Assembly (NCBI GenBank): GCA_020627965.1
Contig: JAHDFX010000005.1
Coordinates: 219 to 64,218 of the forward strand
Direction: 5' to 3'
Source of the DNA: Saprospiraceae bacterium
Lineage (GTDB): Bacteria > Bacteroidota > Bacteroidia > Chitinophagales > Saprospiraceae
DNA length: 64,000 bases
The position numbers were made by a program, and so were the translations under genes. A model generated the notes under the pieces. It worked only from the letters and a program-made list of their open reading frames with translations, was not told the origin of the DNA and searched no databases. Below, in pieces: positions 37,664 through 46,769 of this stretch (positions are counted from its first letter, which is position 1; each line of letters opens with the position of its first letter).

Positions 37664-39493
37664 TCATAATTTCTCCTCCAGCCACATCAGCCCCCAGCAG
37701 GCTAACAGACCAATATAAAACCACCAAAGCGGGAAAGGCTTCTGAATGTTTTTCCTCAATTTCGGCGGCTGAATACTAGTGGTTTTTTGCCGACTTTGCC
37801 AATCTTTATTTGACCAGATGCGCTGAGCTTTTTGTAAAGCTTTCCAATCTGTATTATCATGAACATAGAGCCACTGACTGACTTTTGAATCTTTAGTAGA
37901 TAAGGTATTCCAGCCTGCTGTTTTCGGGCGAACAGTGCCTTGCCATTGTTCAGGATTATAGGGATGCTGGGCAAGATGGAAGCTAGTGTTCTCTTTATTA
38001 GCAGTAAGCTGCCCTATGTTTTTTTTACTTGTGCTGTATAACTGTAATCCGGCGGGCTGACCGCTAAAAACCAGGGCATCGTCTTTGACAGACCATTGGC
38101 GGTTTTCAGGACTGGCTTTATTGATGGTTGTTAGAATTTCATTCCATAGGGCATTGTATAAAGGCTTTTTTCCGTCTAAGCGTATTTTATAAGTTTGATT
38201 GCTACGAAGAAGGGCTATTCTGCCATAGCCTTTAGAGCGATAAGCAGCTATTTCCCCTTTTATGGGGACAGATTTATTACCAAAAGAAATCCCATTCAAA
38301 GGCAGTTCAAAATCTTCTTTTTGCTCAAATTGTTCACCTTTGATAATTTGCTTTTTTTCTGTGGATTTGGTGGCTGCAAAATCGAGAAAGGTCTTATTAA
38401 AACCAGCCCCTAAAGCCGGATTAATGGCTTTTTCATCTCCCCATATGACCATGCCCATGCCTTTGTTGATGGAAGTTTTCAAGGCTTGAAGTTCTTCATT
38501 GCTAAAATTATGTAAGGCTTTGCTACTCGTCAGAAATACATCTATATCGGCTAGTAAACTGGGGGTGATTTTATCCAGATTGGTCTTTTCAAAATTGATA
38601 AATTCTGTTTTAAACTTATTGCGGGAAACCGCCGAACGTACTGCTATTCCATGCCCTTTGTCCGACCAGTGATTTTTGAAATATTTGGACTCGAAGGAAG
38701 GCGCATCATTGACGATAAGCATGTTTAGCTTTTCTTTTGGAGCAATGAAAACGGGGAATCGCTCACGATTGAATACTTTACCATTTTGGTCTTTGGAGAC
38801 CAATTGAAACAGGTATTTTCCTTCTTTTTTTAAAGGCTGTTTTAAATCAAAAAAATAAACCTTTGGTTCAGTAACCTGAATAGAATCTGTCGCTCCGCTT
38901 TGCCCTTCCAAAACCAAGGTATAAGGCTCATTATTATTATGTTGATAACGTCCTTGTACAAAGAAAATCTCATCTACTATCCAGTGTTTTTTATAGCCTG
39001 TTTCTATAATGCCTTCCGGCAAATCATTTAATAAAAAATGGGTTTGTAAGCCTTTAAAATCAGGTAATTCATGATTTTGTAAGCCATTGCCCAATATGTA
39101 TACCAATTCCAGTCGGGGAAAATTTCGAGGTAGGTAAGACGCATCAGGAATTTGCTGTACAGCCTGATCGAAACCCAGAACAGGTAGAGTAGAAAATAGC
39201 TGGGCATCAGGCAATTTCGTTAGTAAACTATCTGCCTGATTTTGGTCAAACTCATCCGTCAACAATATGGCTGTAATGGCTTTTTCATGGATATAAGTAA
39301 AAGGTCGAAGCCCTAATAAAAGCAGAAAAAAGACCGATAATAAGACCAAAGGAATACGCAACCAAAGCCGACTTTTATCTGGTCTGCGAATAGCAATTAT
39401 TAATACAATAAGAGCGAGTACTACTGCTCCGGCCATCATCCACTCTGCATAGGGTGAGGGCGTCAGAAACTCTATGTCTTGCAGCCTTATCAT
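37664..39493 (-). CDS. hypothetical membrane-anchored protein (last gene of the BatA_N operon)
   Basis: 609 aa with N-terminal and C-terminal TM helices. There is a 4-nt overlap with the upstream gene. Confidence 0.75.
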   Translation of the reverse strand: MIRLQDIEFLTPSPYAEWMMAGAVVLALIVLIIAIRRPDKSRLWLRIPLVLLSVFFLLLLGLRPFTYIHEKAITAILLTDEFDQNQADSLLTKLPDAQLFSTLPVLGFDQAVQQIPDASYLPRNFPRLELVYILGNGLQNHELPDFKGLQTHFLLNDLPEGIIETGYKKHWIVDEIFFVQGRYQHNNNEPYTLVLEGQSGATDSIQVTEPKVYFFDLKQPLKKEGKYLFQLVSKDQNGKVFNRERFPVFIAPKEKLNMLIVNDAPSFESKYFKNHWSDKGHGIAVRSAVSRNKFKTEFINFEKTNLDKITPSLLADIDVFLTSSKALHNFSNEELQALKTSINKGMGMVIWGDEKAINPALGAGFNKTFLDFAATKSTEKKQIIKGEQFEQKEDFELPLNGISFGNKSVPIKGEIAAYRSKGYGRIALLRSNQTYKIRLDGKKPLYNALWNEILTTINKASPENRQWSVKDDALVFSGQPAGLQLYSTSKKNIGQLTANKENTSFHLAQHPYNPEQWQGTVRPKTAGWNTLSTKDSKVSQWLYVHDNTDWKALQKAQRIWSNKDWQSRQKTTSIQPPKLRKNIQKPFPLWWFYIGLLACWGLMWLEEKL

Positions 39494-41937
39494 TTCAATG
39501 ATCTCAAATATAGTTTTTCAAGGCGATTTTTGCTGTATTTTCTTGAAGCTGGTTCATAACGGGTATCAGGCAACACACGCATGAATGCCCCTTGAATATC
39601 TGTCAGCAAAGTGGGTAGAACAGCCTTCGACACCTCCCCTTCAGTCAGCATTTTTATCTGTTTCAATGTCGCAAAATAATTCCCTGGACGAACCAGTGCC
39701 AGCCCTGCCAATTCCTGTCCTGCATCGGTCAGCAGACTTCGCTCTGCACGGTTAGGTAATCTGTTTTCTTGTTTTAATATTTCCAATATATCTACCGATT
39801 CTAATATTGCCGGATAAGGCTTTTCATTGTCCTGTTTTTTGGCTGATTCGGTATTTTTAATCTCCTCCAATTCTCCTGTTAGCCGTTTTTCAGCGACATT
39901 GATGACTGGCGCCTCAAAACCAATGCGTTCTACATACACCCTCGACGCCTGCTGCACTTCTTTCAATAATTTCAAAGCGGCATATTCATACTGCAAAGCT
40001 TTTTCAGGCTGATACAAACGCAATTGTAATTCAGCATCCCACATTTTACTTAGCGAAGCCCGCAGTTTAGCAGCCGTTGACTGATCGAAAAAAGTGGACT
40101 CTTCCATGTTATCGTGCATATGCATGTAGCCTTCTAGCGGGTTTTCTTCCTGGGTTTCGTCTCCGCCGCCATGATCGTGCCCGTGGGAATGATCGTGTTG
40201 ATGTGTTGAGGTGTTGTGGTGTTGATGTTCTTCGTGGTCATGGTTTTCATCATGGTCATGGTCGCAATGTTCACCGTGTTCATGGTCATCATTGTGTTGA
40301 TGTGATTGGTGTTCTTCTTCCGCTTCTGAACCATGCTCACAATGCTCACCGTGATCGTGATGATGATCGTGATGATGATGTCCATGTTCTTCATCTGCAT
40401 TGCTTCTTGTTATATTAATACTGATACTGTCATTATTATCCTTCTCTATTGCTTCTGGTTTTTCGCTGCTCACTTCTCCAATAACTGTTTCAAACTCTTC
40501 TCCGAGGAAACGTCCATACCGGAGACGCAGAATTTTCTGATCGGCTGCTATGTTATTACTCGTTTCATTAAATTCTGTGGTGCTTATTTTACCTTTTTGA
40601 GCAATCAGTTTTTCTGTATCTATAATGATCTGTCGCTGACTACGAAAATAGGCAGGCATTCTATCTAAAGCCATTTTACCTTCCATATCCCAATCGACAG
40701 AAGTTGTATCTTCAAAGGCTATGATGTATTTGTAAGTACGAGATGTTTGTGGATCGGGCCGACGATTATCCGTAGCTTCTACATGCAGATATAATTCATC
40801 ACCAGGTTCCATGCCTAGTTTATGCAGGTTCAGCTTGTGTGTGAGATTATAATTTCGCTGACCGCTAATTTTCTCCTTGAAATATAAAGTATCATCTCTG
40901 AACTTGACCGCTTCACCTTCTCCCCGACTAAGTGTGGCAACCATACGAGCATCCTGAATCCCATAATCATCTGTCAGATGGGCTTTAAACGAGATCGTTT
41001 TCAGGGTATCATAGAAATAAGCAGCATAAGGTTCTAAATCTTTAATAGAAATATCTGGAGCCACATCAGGAATTGCTTCCAGTTTGTAGTAATCGCTGGT
41101 CTTTTTATTGCCTCTTTTATCCGTATATTCTATGCTGTATAAGCCTGTTTTTTCCAACGTCATTTCAGCCGTATAAGTATTTCTACTTTTCTTTTGCAAT
41201 GAGATTTTATCAGCATTTTGAAATACAATAAAGCCAGACTGAATACTGCCTGTAAAACGAATTGTCCAGTTGAGACGGGAGAATTGCGGAGCTTTCAAAC
41301 CAGGAGATTCAGCCGTTCTTCCTGACAAATTGGTATAGGCTGGTGGCGTATATTTTAATTTGATCGTTTTAATGGAAACATCAGGATTTTTTGTCGGGCT
41401 AATCGACGTATTATCCGGTTTTTTATTTTCTTTTTCAACAAGGACACCAGTCAACTTCTCTGTTGAAATCTGGTAGAAATAAGGCTTTAAATATATTGCG
41501 CCGAAGGCGACCAAAGCTCCAAAACACATGGATAAAAAAGCTCTTCCCGCATAATGAGGCAGGCGGATATTTTTCTGTATTTCTACCAGCTTGTTGTTAA
41601 TCTTTTCTTTTTGTAAAATCGCTAAAGCGGGTAAATTTCCATTATTGTCCAGCAGGAGGTCGGCACTATCTTCCAGTTCTGGATATTGTCGATTGAGATA
41701 AGTAACCAGGTCAGTTTTACTGGTGGAAAATAGACGAAATTGTTGTAAATATGCCAGTAGGCTGGTTGCAAAGGTCAGTCCGGTAATTTTTGTTAGTAAA
41801 GTGGTTTCAACTTGAAATAAATAGATAAAAGCTCCGACTAATAAAGTCCAGAACACAGCCCACAATATAGCCTCTACTCCTCTGAACATTCGCCAGCGGT
41901 TGAGGAGTTGGTTTAGAATGTTTTTTTCTGCATTCAT
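39490..41937 (-). CDS. DUF4175-like membrane protein with a His-rich tract
   Basis: 815 aa with two N-terminal TM helices. The His-rich tract is aa 516..589. The DUF4175 assignment is from memory of its C-terminal helical region. Confidence 0.8.
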   Translation of the reverse strand: MNAEKNILNQLLNRWRMFRGVEAILWAVFWTLLVGAFIYLFQVETTLLTKITGLTFATSLLAYLQQFRLFSTSKTDLVTYLNRQYPELEDSADLLLDNNGNLPALAILQKEKINNKLVEIQKNIRLPHYAGRAFLSMCFGALVAFGAIYLKPYFYQISTEKLTGVLVEKENKKPDNTSISPTKNPDVSIKTIKLKYTPPAYTNLSGRTAESPGLKAPQFSRLNWTIRFTGSIQSGFIVFQNADKISLQKKSRNTYTAEMTLEKTGLYSIEYTDKRGNKKTSDYYKLEAIPDVAPDISIKDLEPYAAYFYDTLKTISFKAHLTDDYGIQDARMVATLSRGEGEAVKFRDDTLYFKEKISGQRNYNLTHKLNLHKLGMEPGDELYLHVEATDNRRPDPQTSRTYKYIIAFEDTTSVDWDMEGKMALDRMPAYFRSQRQIIIDTEKLIAQKGKISTTEFNETSNNIAADQKILRLRYGRFLGEEFETVIGEVSSEKPEAIEKDNNDSISINITRSNADEEHGHHHHDHHHDHGEHCEHGSEAEEEHQSHQHNDDHEHGEHCDHDHDENHDHEEHQHHNTSTHQHDHSHGHDHGGGDETQEENPLEGYMHMHDNMEESTFFDQSTAAKLRASLSKMWDAELQLRLYQPEKALQYEYAALKLLKEVQQASRVYVERIGFEAPVINVAEKRLTGELEEIKNTESAKKQDNEKPYPAILESVDILEILKQENRLPNRAERSLLTDAGQELAGLALVRPGNYFATLKQIKMLTEGEVSKAVLPTLLTDIQGAFMRVLPDTRYEPASRKYSKNRLEKLYLRSLK

Positions 41938-42024
41938 GTCAATATTGTAAAGATAATGAACTATTCATCACAGATTTACACAGATAAGCATTGTGTGTGT
42001 AACAAATTGCACAGTTTTCCAGTT

Positions 42025-42058
42025 GTCCTCCCTCTTTTTCTCCCTCCAAAGGGAGACA
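42025..42058 (+). repeat. C-run/G-run palindromic repeat, copy B
   Basis: GTCCTCCCTCTTTTTCTCCCTCCAAAGGGAGACA, preceded by the same CAGTT as copy A. Confidence 0.75.
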
Positions 42059-42096
42059 TTGATCTGCTTTTTAGCTTATTGTCCCCCTTTGGAGGG

Positions 42097-43387
42097 CAGG
42101 GCTGTTAAGTTCTATTTGTGCAAATAATTTGATATATTTTTTCATTTTATTGCCAAAATTTATCGAATAAGTGAAGTAAACGAGTTACTTCATGATGATT
42201 TCAAAAAGTTCTTTGATTTTGTCGGAAAAATAAAGTTGTCCATCTGTAATGGAGTAATGTCCATTCTTTCTATGGATATTGATAGCTATAGCACTGAATA
42301 CAGCGGTATTAAGAGGTCCATTAGCGGTTCTTATACCGTTTTGATCTTCTCCGTGAACAACATCTTTGACCCAATGAAGAGAATTTTCAATTTTCCAGTG
42401 CCCACGTATACCTTGATGAAAGAATTTTGCATCTGTTGTGAACTGGTCTGAAATATAGAATCTGTCAGCATGTGATTCTTCGTTTTTTTTAATGGTGTGT
42501 TTGTGAACATGGATAAAGCGCCTGAGGTTTTTCCATTCATTAGCTTTTTGATCCTGGGCAGCATTGTATACATTGACTGTCCAGCGTGAATGTCTTCCAT
42601 GTCCTTTTTCTTGTTCATCATAAGAATCTAAAGGTGTTTGTGTGAGTATCGCACACTCAATAGCACTAAAGAGTGATGGTTGATTCCTTTTTACCTGGAT
42701 GACATAGTGATTACCACTATCAACAATTTGCTCTACCGTTTTTTTGGGCATGTAGAGCATCCAGAAATAAGGTAATTCCCATCGCTTGTAGTTTTTCAAG
42801 CAGAAACTGAACAACATGAATTTCGCTTTCTTTTGCGTTTTGGTACTGCTCAATAGCATATACTAAGCCGCTTTGTTGGCAGAATATACTGACGACTGCC
42901 TGAAATTTTTGTCTGCTGCCTGTTCCTCTTACCGTAGAGCCAAGCGCTTTACCGTCACCGCTGACCATGTCATCTATTTCCAGAGGAACATAACCGGATG
43001 TCCATTTATTGAAGGCAATTATCAACTCATCTTCATCTACACGATTCATGATGTCTGAAAAAACTACATGAGATGGAATTCCATGTTTGAGACTCAGTAA
43101 ATCTTCTAAGGTAGATTCATGATTCTTTGAAAACTTGGCTACCGGACGACCACCGAGGTAACCACAAAGGTTAGCCATGATTGTCATTGTAAATAATTGA
43201 GACAGCGTATAACGCATCCCCTGGCTGCGACGAGGGTCTTGTACTTCCTCTTTCAGTATTGTCATTAAATTCATCTGACTTTATTTTTCCGCAATATCAA
43301 TGAACTTATAGGGATTTTGAATCCCTTTTTAATTTTTTTTATAAAAAATTACCAATATGCTTGCATAAACAGAACTTAACAGCCCTG
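42097..43387 (-). mobile_element. ISAs1-family insertion sequence (1291 bp)
   Basis: 27-bp imperfect TIRs (42097..42123 vs 43361..43387, with the first 17 bp perfect: CAGGGCTGTTAAGTTCT). A 10-bp direct repeat, CTTTGGAGGG, lies at 42087..42096 and 43388..43397. Confidence 0.85.
42185..43274 (-). pseudogene. ISAs1-family (H-repeat-associated) DDE transposase, frameshifted
   Basis: Two overlapping ORFs (42720..43274 and 42185..42859) together span an ISAs1-type transposase. The frames rejoin if the A7 run (42739..42745, minus strand) is read as A6. Confidence 0.8.
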
Positions 43388-43414
43388 CTTTGGAGGGGGC
43401 GAAGGGGGAGGAAC
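43388..43414 (-). repeat. C-run/G-run palindromic repeat, copy D (right half; the left half is 42080..42096)
   Basis: Joining the two halves after removing the IS and one TSD copy gives GTTCCTCCCCCTTCGCCCCCTCCAAAGGGGGACA on the minus strand. Confidence 0.75.
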
Positions 43415-43475
43415 GCTTAAAGGCTTTGTGCAATTTGTTACACACACTAAGCATTTGGACAGAAATACCTGCGTT

Positions 43476-44918
43476 TTATTTATAATCATCCTGAGAGCGG
43501 GCTATGGTATTTTTCCTCATCACTGAAGCCTGTACCCAGCGTTCCAGTAAAAAAATGATTGCCAGTAAAACCCAGAACCAATGATGAAAACCTGCTACTC
43601 GCTTCTCCTCAATAATTGTTTCCTTCTCCCTATCCTGATAACTATCGGTAGGTTTAATTTGCTTAACTGCGTATTGATTGGCTTCTATTTTTCTTTGGTC
43701 AAATCTTGCTAATTGTTGCTCAAAATCGTCTGGCGTCAGTATTGTCATCAATAATTGAGTAGGTAGTTGAGTCGTTGATTTTGCAGTACTTAACCTTTGA
43801 TTAAATACAAAAACTTCACGTCCACTGACTAAATCTCGATCTAATATATTGTCTCCATAAACCCGATTTTCCTCAAACAAAAACAAGCGACTTGCTGATG
43901 CACTTATCTCATTTGGCACAACTTCTTCTGACAGCCAGAAAACAGCATCAACATCCTTATCTTCTACCTTTTTCCAACGTAATTCTATACCTGTATATTG
44001 GCTAACTGCTTTCAAAGCTGCCCTGATATATTCCCTGTCTTTTTTGTATTTTCTATCTGCTTTTACAGCTACATTTAAAACTATACTTTCTTCAATAAAG
44101 ATACTGTCTTTTTGTTGCTGAAACCAGGCTTTATTATCATTTAAATCTACTATAACATCTGGCAGATCATAGGTTTTAAAACTGATTGACTGTGTATTTT
44201 TACTATCTTTTATGTCGAAAACAATTTGCTCAAAAACAGTTTGCTCGGCATTACTTTTACCATAAAGGAAAGTCAACTTTTTTCTAGCAGGTCGCCATGC
44301 TCGTATTAGTTGATAGTGATCATCTTTAGCTGGCACTTCCAACCAGTTAATATGCATGCTCAATGTAGGAGGTTCACTTTGAAATTGCTGTATTTTAGGC
44401 GTAAAAAACAGAAAAACACTATCCGGTGCATCCGCTCGCTCCTGAACATCTGCCAACAAAGACCAAATATCAACCGACTGGTTTTCTCCCCCTCTAGAGG
44501 GGGAATAAGGGGGAGGACTATTGACCAACTCTGGAAAACCACCCGCTAAGGCCCGCCATTCACAGCCACGATACTGCGCCGTATCAAAACCAGCCTGCCA
44601 GTCATCACGCTCCAATAAATCAGGCGTCACCAGTACCCAATTTTGATTTTTCTGTGGTAGTAATTCCACCATTTGTACCCGTACCGGTTCTATCAATAAC
44701 AATACACAAAGTCCGACCATTATTGATCGTAAGAAAAATAAAAAAGGCTGAGTAAAACTGATACTGCTCAGTTTTTTACGCTGCGTGGCTTCCAGCCATT
44801 TTATGCTACCAAATGGAATAATCCTGCCCTTCTGTCGATTCCAGATATGGATCAGCAGAGGCAAGAGCAGACCTGCTAAGGCGATCAACATGACCGGATG
44901 TAAGAGCTGATAGGTCAT
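43476..44918 (-). CDS. BatA_N (N-terminal double-transmembrane domain) family membrane protein
   Basis: N-terminus LLLPLLIHIWNRQKGRIIPFGSIKWL matches the aerotolerance-regulator N-terminal/TIGR02226-type motif. There is a C-terminal TM helix. Confidence 0.75.
   Translation of the reverse strand: MTYQLLHPVMLIALAGLLLPLLIHIWNRQKGRIIPFGSIKWLEATQRKKLSSISFTQPFLFFLRSIMVGLCVLLLIEPVRVQMVELLPQKNQNWVLVTPDLLERDDWQAGFDTAQYRGCEWRALAGGFPELVNSPPPYSPSRGGENQSVDIWSLLADVQERADAPDSVFLFFTPKIQQFQSEPPTLSMHINWLEVPAKDDHYQLIRAWRPARKKLTFLYGKSNAEQTVFEQIVFDIKDSKNTQSISFKTYDLPDVIVDLNDNKAWFQQQKDSIFIEESIVLNVAVKADRKYKKDREYIRAALKAVSQYTGIELRWKKVEDKDVDAVFWLSEEVVPNEISASASRLFLFEENRVYGDNILDRDLVSGREVFVFNQRLSTAKSTTQLPTQLLMTILTPDDFEQQLARFDQRKIEANQYAVKQIKPTDSYQDREKETIIEEKRVAGFHHWFWVLLAIIFLLERWVQASVMRKNTIARSQDDYK
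44485..44518 (-). repeat. C-run/G-run palindromic repeat, copy C, in-frame within a CDS
   Basis: The reverse complement GTCCTCCCCCTTATTCCCCCTCTAGAGGGGGAGA encodes roughly SPPPYSPSRGGE inside ORF 43476..44918. Confidence 0.75.
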
Positions 44919-44987
44919 GGCTTAAATATAAGAAAATCAGGCTTAAAGTTGATTATTGATATTACTTCTATTATTTTTGGAAATAAA

Positions 44988-44997
44988 ATTCTAGAAT
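44988..44997. promoter_or_regulatory. 10-bp perfect palindrome, candidate operator of the HTH-MNT gene
   Basis: ATTCTAGAAT, 12 nt upstream of the ATG at 45010. Confidence 0.3.
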
Positions 44998-45009
44998 AAT
45001 TTTTCAAAA

Positions 45010-45624
45010 ATGAACTCAATAACATTTGGAGAATTGATAAAAGAAAGAAGATTGGAGCAAAAACTAGCACTGAGAGAAGTGGCAGGTGCTATAAACTTTG
45101 ATCAGTCTCTACTTAGCAAAGTAGAAAGAAATAAAATAGTGGCGCCTCAAAAGATCATTATGCCACTTTCAAAATGCTTGAAACTAGATTTTAAAGAATT
45201 GCAAATTAAATATTTGAGTGAGCGCATATATCGTGAGTATAAAGAAGTGGAATTTACATTGGAAGCTATGCAGATTGCAATAAAACAACTGGAAAAAGAG
45301 CATTCGGGAAATTCAGCTGAATTTCGACGCAAGAGTATGATCACTAAAATAACCCGGTATCTTGAAAAACAGCCTGTAGAAAAAGTCTGGTTATTTGGTT
45401 CATTTGCAAGAAATGAAGAAAATGATGACAGTGATATAGATATATTAGTACGCTTTACAAATTCGAGTAAAATGGATCTATTTGAATATATTGGAATCAG
45501 ACAAGATCTTGAAGATTTAACTGGGCGACCAATAGATTTAGTGGAAGAAGGATACGAATTAGAAAAAGCAAAACCGTCTATTTTTGAAGAAAAACAGTTG
45601 ATCTATGAGAGAAAAACTATCTAG
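45010..45624 (+). CDS. mntA: XRE-type HTH domain fused to an MNT nucleotidyltransferase (type VII antitoxin-like)
   Basis: The N-terminal HTH (LALREVAGAINFDQSLLSKVERNK) and the C-terminal GSFARNEENDDSDIDILV (GSxxRG..SDxD motif). Confidence 0.8.
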   Translation: MNSITFGELIKERRLEQKLALREVAGAINFDQSLLSKVERNKIVAPQKIIMPLSKCLKLDFKELQIKYLSERIYREYKEVEFTLEAMQIAIKQLEKEHSGNSAEFRRKSMITKITRYLEKQPVEKVWLFGSFARNEENDDSDIDILVRFTNSSKMDLFEYIGIRQDLEDLTGRPIDLVEEGYELEKAKPSIFEEKQLIYERKTI

Positions 45625-45955
45625 AAAAGATAGACTAGAGCATATTATTGAGGCGATTGATCGTATTTTTCGATTCGTAGAAGATATGGATCATGAGGAA
45701 TTTGATGTTCATGAAATGGCGCAATATGCAGTTATCAAAAACTTTGAGATCATAGGAGAAGCCGCTTACCAAATCCCAAAGGAATTTAGAATGGCGAATG
45801 AAGAAAAAATCGAGTGGCGCAAAATTATTGCTTTCAGGCATATATTGGTTCATGATTATTATAAGATCAATACGATCATTATATGGAATGCTATTGAAAA
45901 TAAGCTGAGCGGTCTAAAAGTAGAAGTAGAAAAATTACTGGAAGCAGAAGAATAG
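45605..45955 (+). CDS. hepT: HepT (DUF86) RNase toxin
   Basis: Rx4HxY motif (RHILVHDY); 116 aa. There is a 20-nt overlap with the MNT gene. Confidence 0.8.
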   Translation: MREKLSRKDRLEHIIEAIDRIFRFVEDMDHEEFDVHEMAQYAVIKNFEIIGEAAYQIPKEFRMANEEKIEWRKIIAFRHILVHDYYKINTIIIWNAIENKLSGLKVEVEKLLEAEE

Positions 45956-45978
45956 AAAACTTAAAATAGAAACACCAT

Positions 45979-46767
45979 ATGAACCAAAAAATATACCAAG
46001 TAGACGCATTCACCAGCAAAATTTTTGGTGGCAATCCTGCCGCAATTTGCCCATTAGAAACCTGGTTAAATGATGACATCCTTCAAAACATAGCCTTAGA
46101 GAATAACCTGTCTGAAACGGCTTTTTATGTAAAAAAAGGCGACCATTTTGAATTGAGATGGTTTACACCAAATGTAGAAGTAGACCTTTGCGGGCATGCC
46201 ACTTTAGCTACAGCCTATGTGTTGTTTAATGAAAAGAATTATCAGGACAAAACTATTCAATTTATCTCTCCAAGAAGCGGAAAATTGAGCGTTACCAAAA
46301 CCGGAGATTTGCTGACTTTAAATTTCCCGGCAGATCAATATCAGAAAGTAGAACTGTCTGCTGAACTTAGGGATTGTTTCAACATAAAGCCTCAAAAAGT
46401 GCTCAAAGGCAAAACAGATTATATGCTCATCTTTGAGACGGAAAATGACATTAAAAATATTCAGCCTGATTTTGCTAAAATAGCCCGACTTGAAGCCAGA
46501 GGAGTTATTGTTACTGCCAAAGGTGATAAAGTAGATTTTGTTTCCAGGTTTTTCGCTCCTCAATGCAGTGTCAATGAAGATCCCGTAACCGGTTCCGCAC
46601 ATACTACGCTGACGCCTTATTGGGCAAAAGAACTGGGTAAAACTGAACTATCAGCCATACAACTTTCAGAACGAAAAGGTCATTTACAATGCAAGCTTTT
46701 GGGAGAGCGGGTAGAGATTAGTGGAGAAGGCAGGCTGTATCTACGGGGGCATATTTTTATTGAATAA
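45979..46767 (+). CDS. PhzF-family isomerase
   Basis: YQVDAFT..FGGNPAA, SETAF and DPVTGSAH motifs. Confidence 0.85.
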   Translation: MNQKIYQVDAFTSKIFGGNPAAICPLETWLNDDILQNIALENNLSETAFYVKKGDHFELRWFTPNVEVDLCGHATLATAYVLFNEKNYQDKTIQFISPRSGKLSVTKTGDLLTLNFPADQYQKVELSAELRDCFNIKPQKVLKGKTDYMLIFETENDIKNIQPDFAKIARLEARGVIVTAKGDKVDFVSRFFAPQCSVNEDPVTGSAHTTLTPYWAKELGKTELSAIQLSERKGHLQCKLLGERVEISGEGRLYLRGHIFIE

Positions 46768-46769
46768 AT

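Larger units (their letters stand above)
41993..43447. repeat. palindromic intergenic element with perfect 21-bp terminal inverted repeats, interrupted by an IS
   Basis: GTGTGTGTAACAAATTGCACA at 41993..42013 is the exact reverse complement of 43427..43447. Without the IS the element would be about 154 bp and would hold two inverted copies of the C-run/G-run repeat. Confidence 0.75.

Noticed and set aside
40077-40668. Three ORFs (113, 88 and 111 aa) in or opposite the His-rich tract.
   Set aside because: They are alternate-frame or antisense readings of CAT/GAT-rich low-complexity DNA inside a well-supported 815-aa gene.
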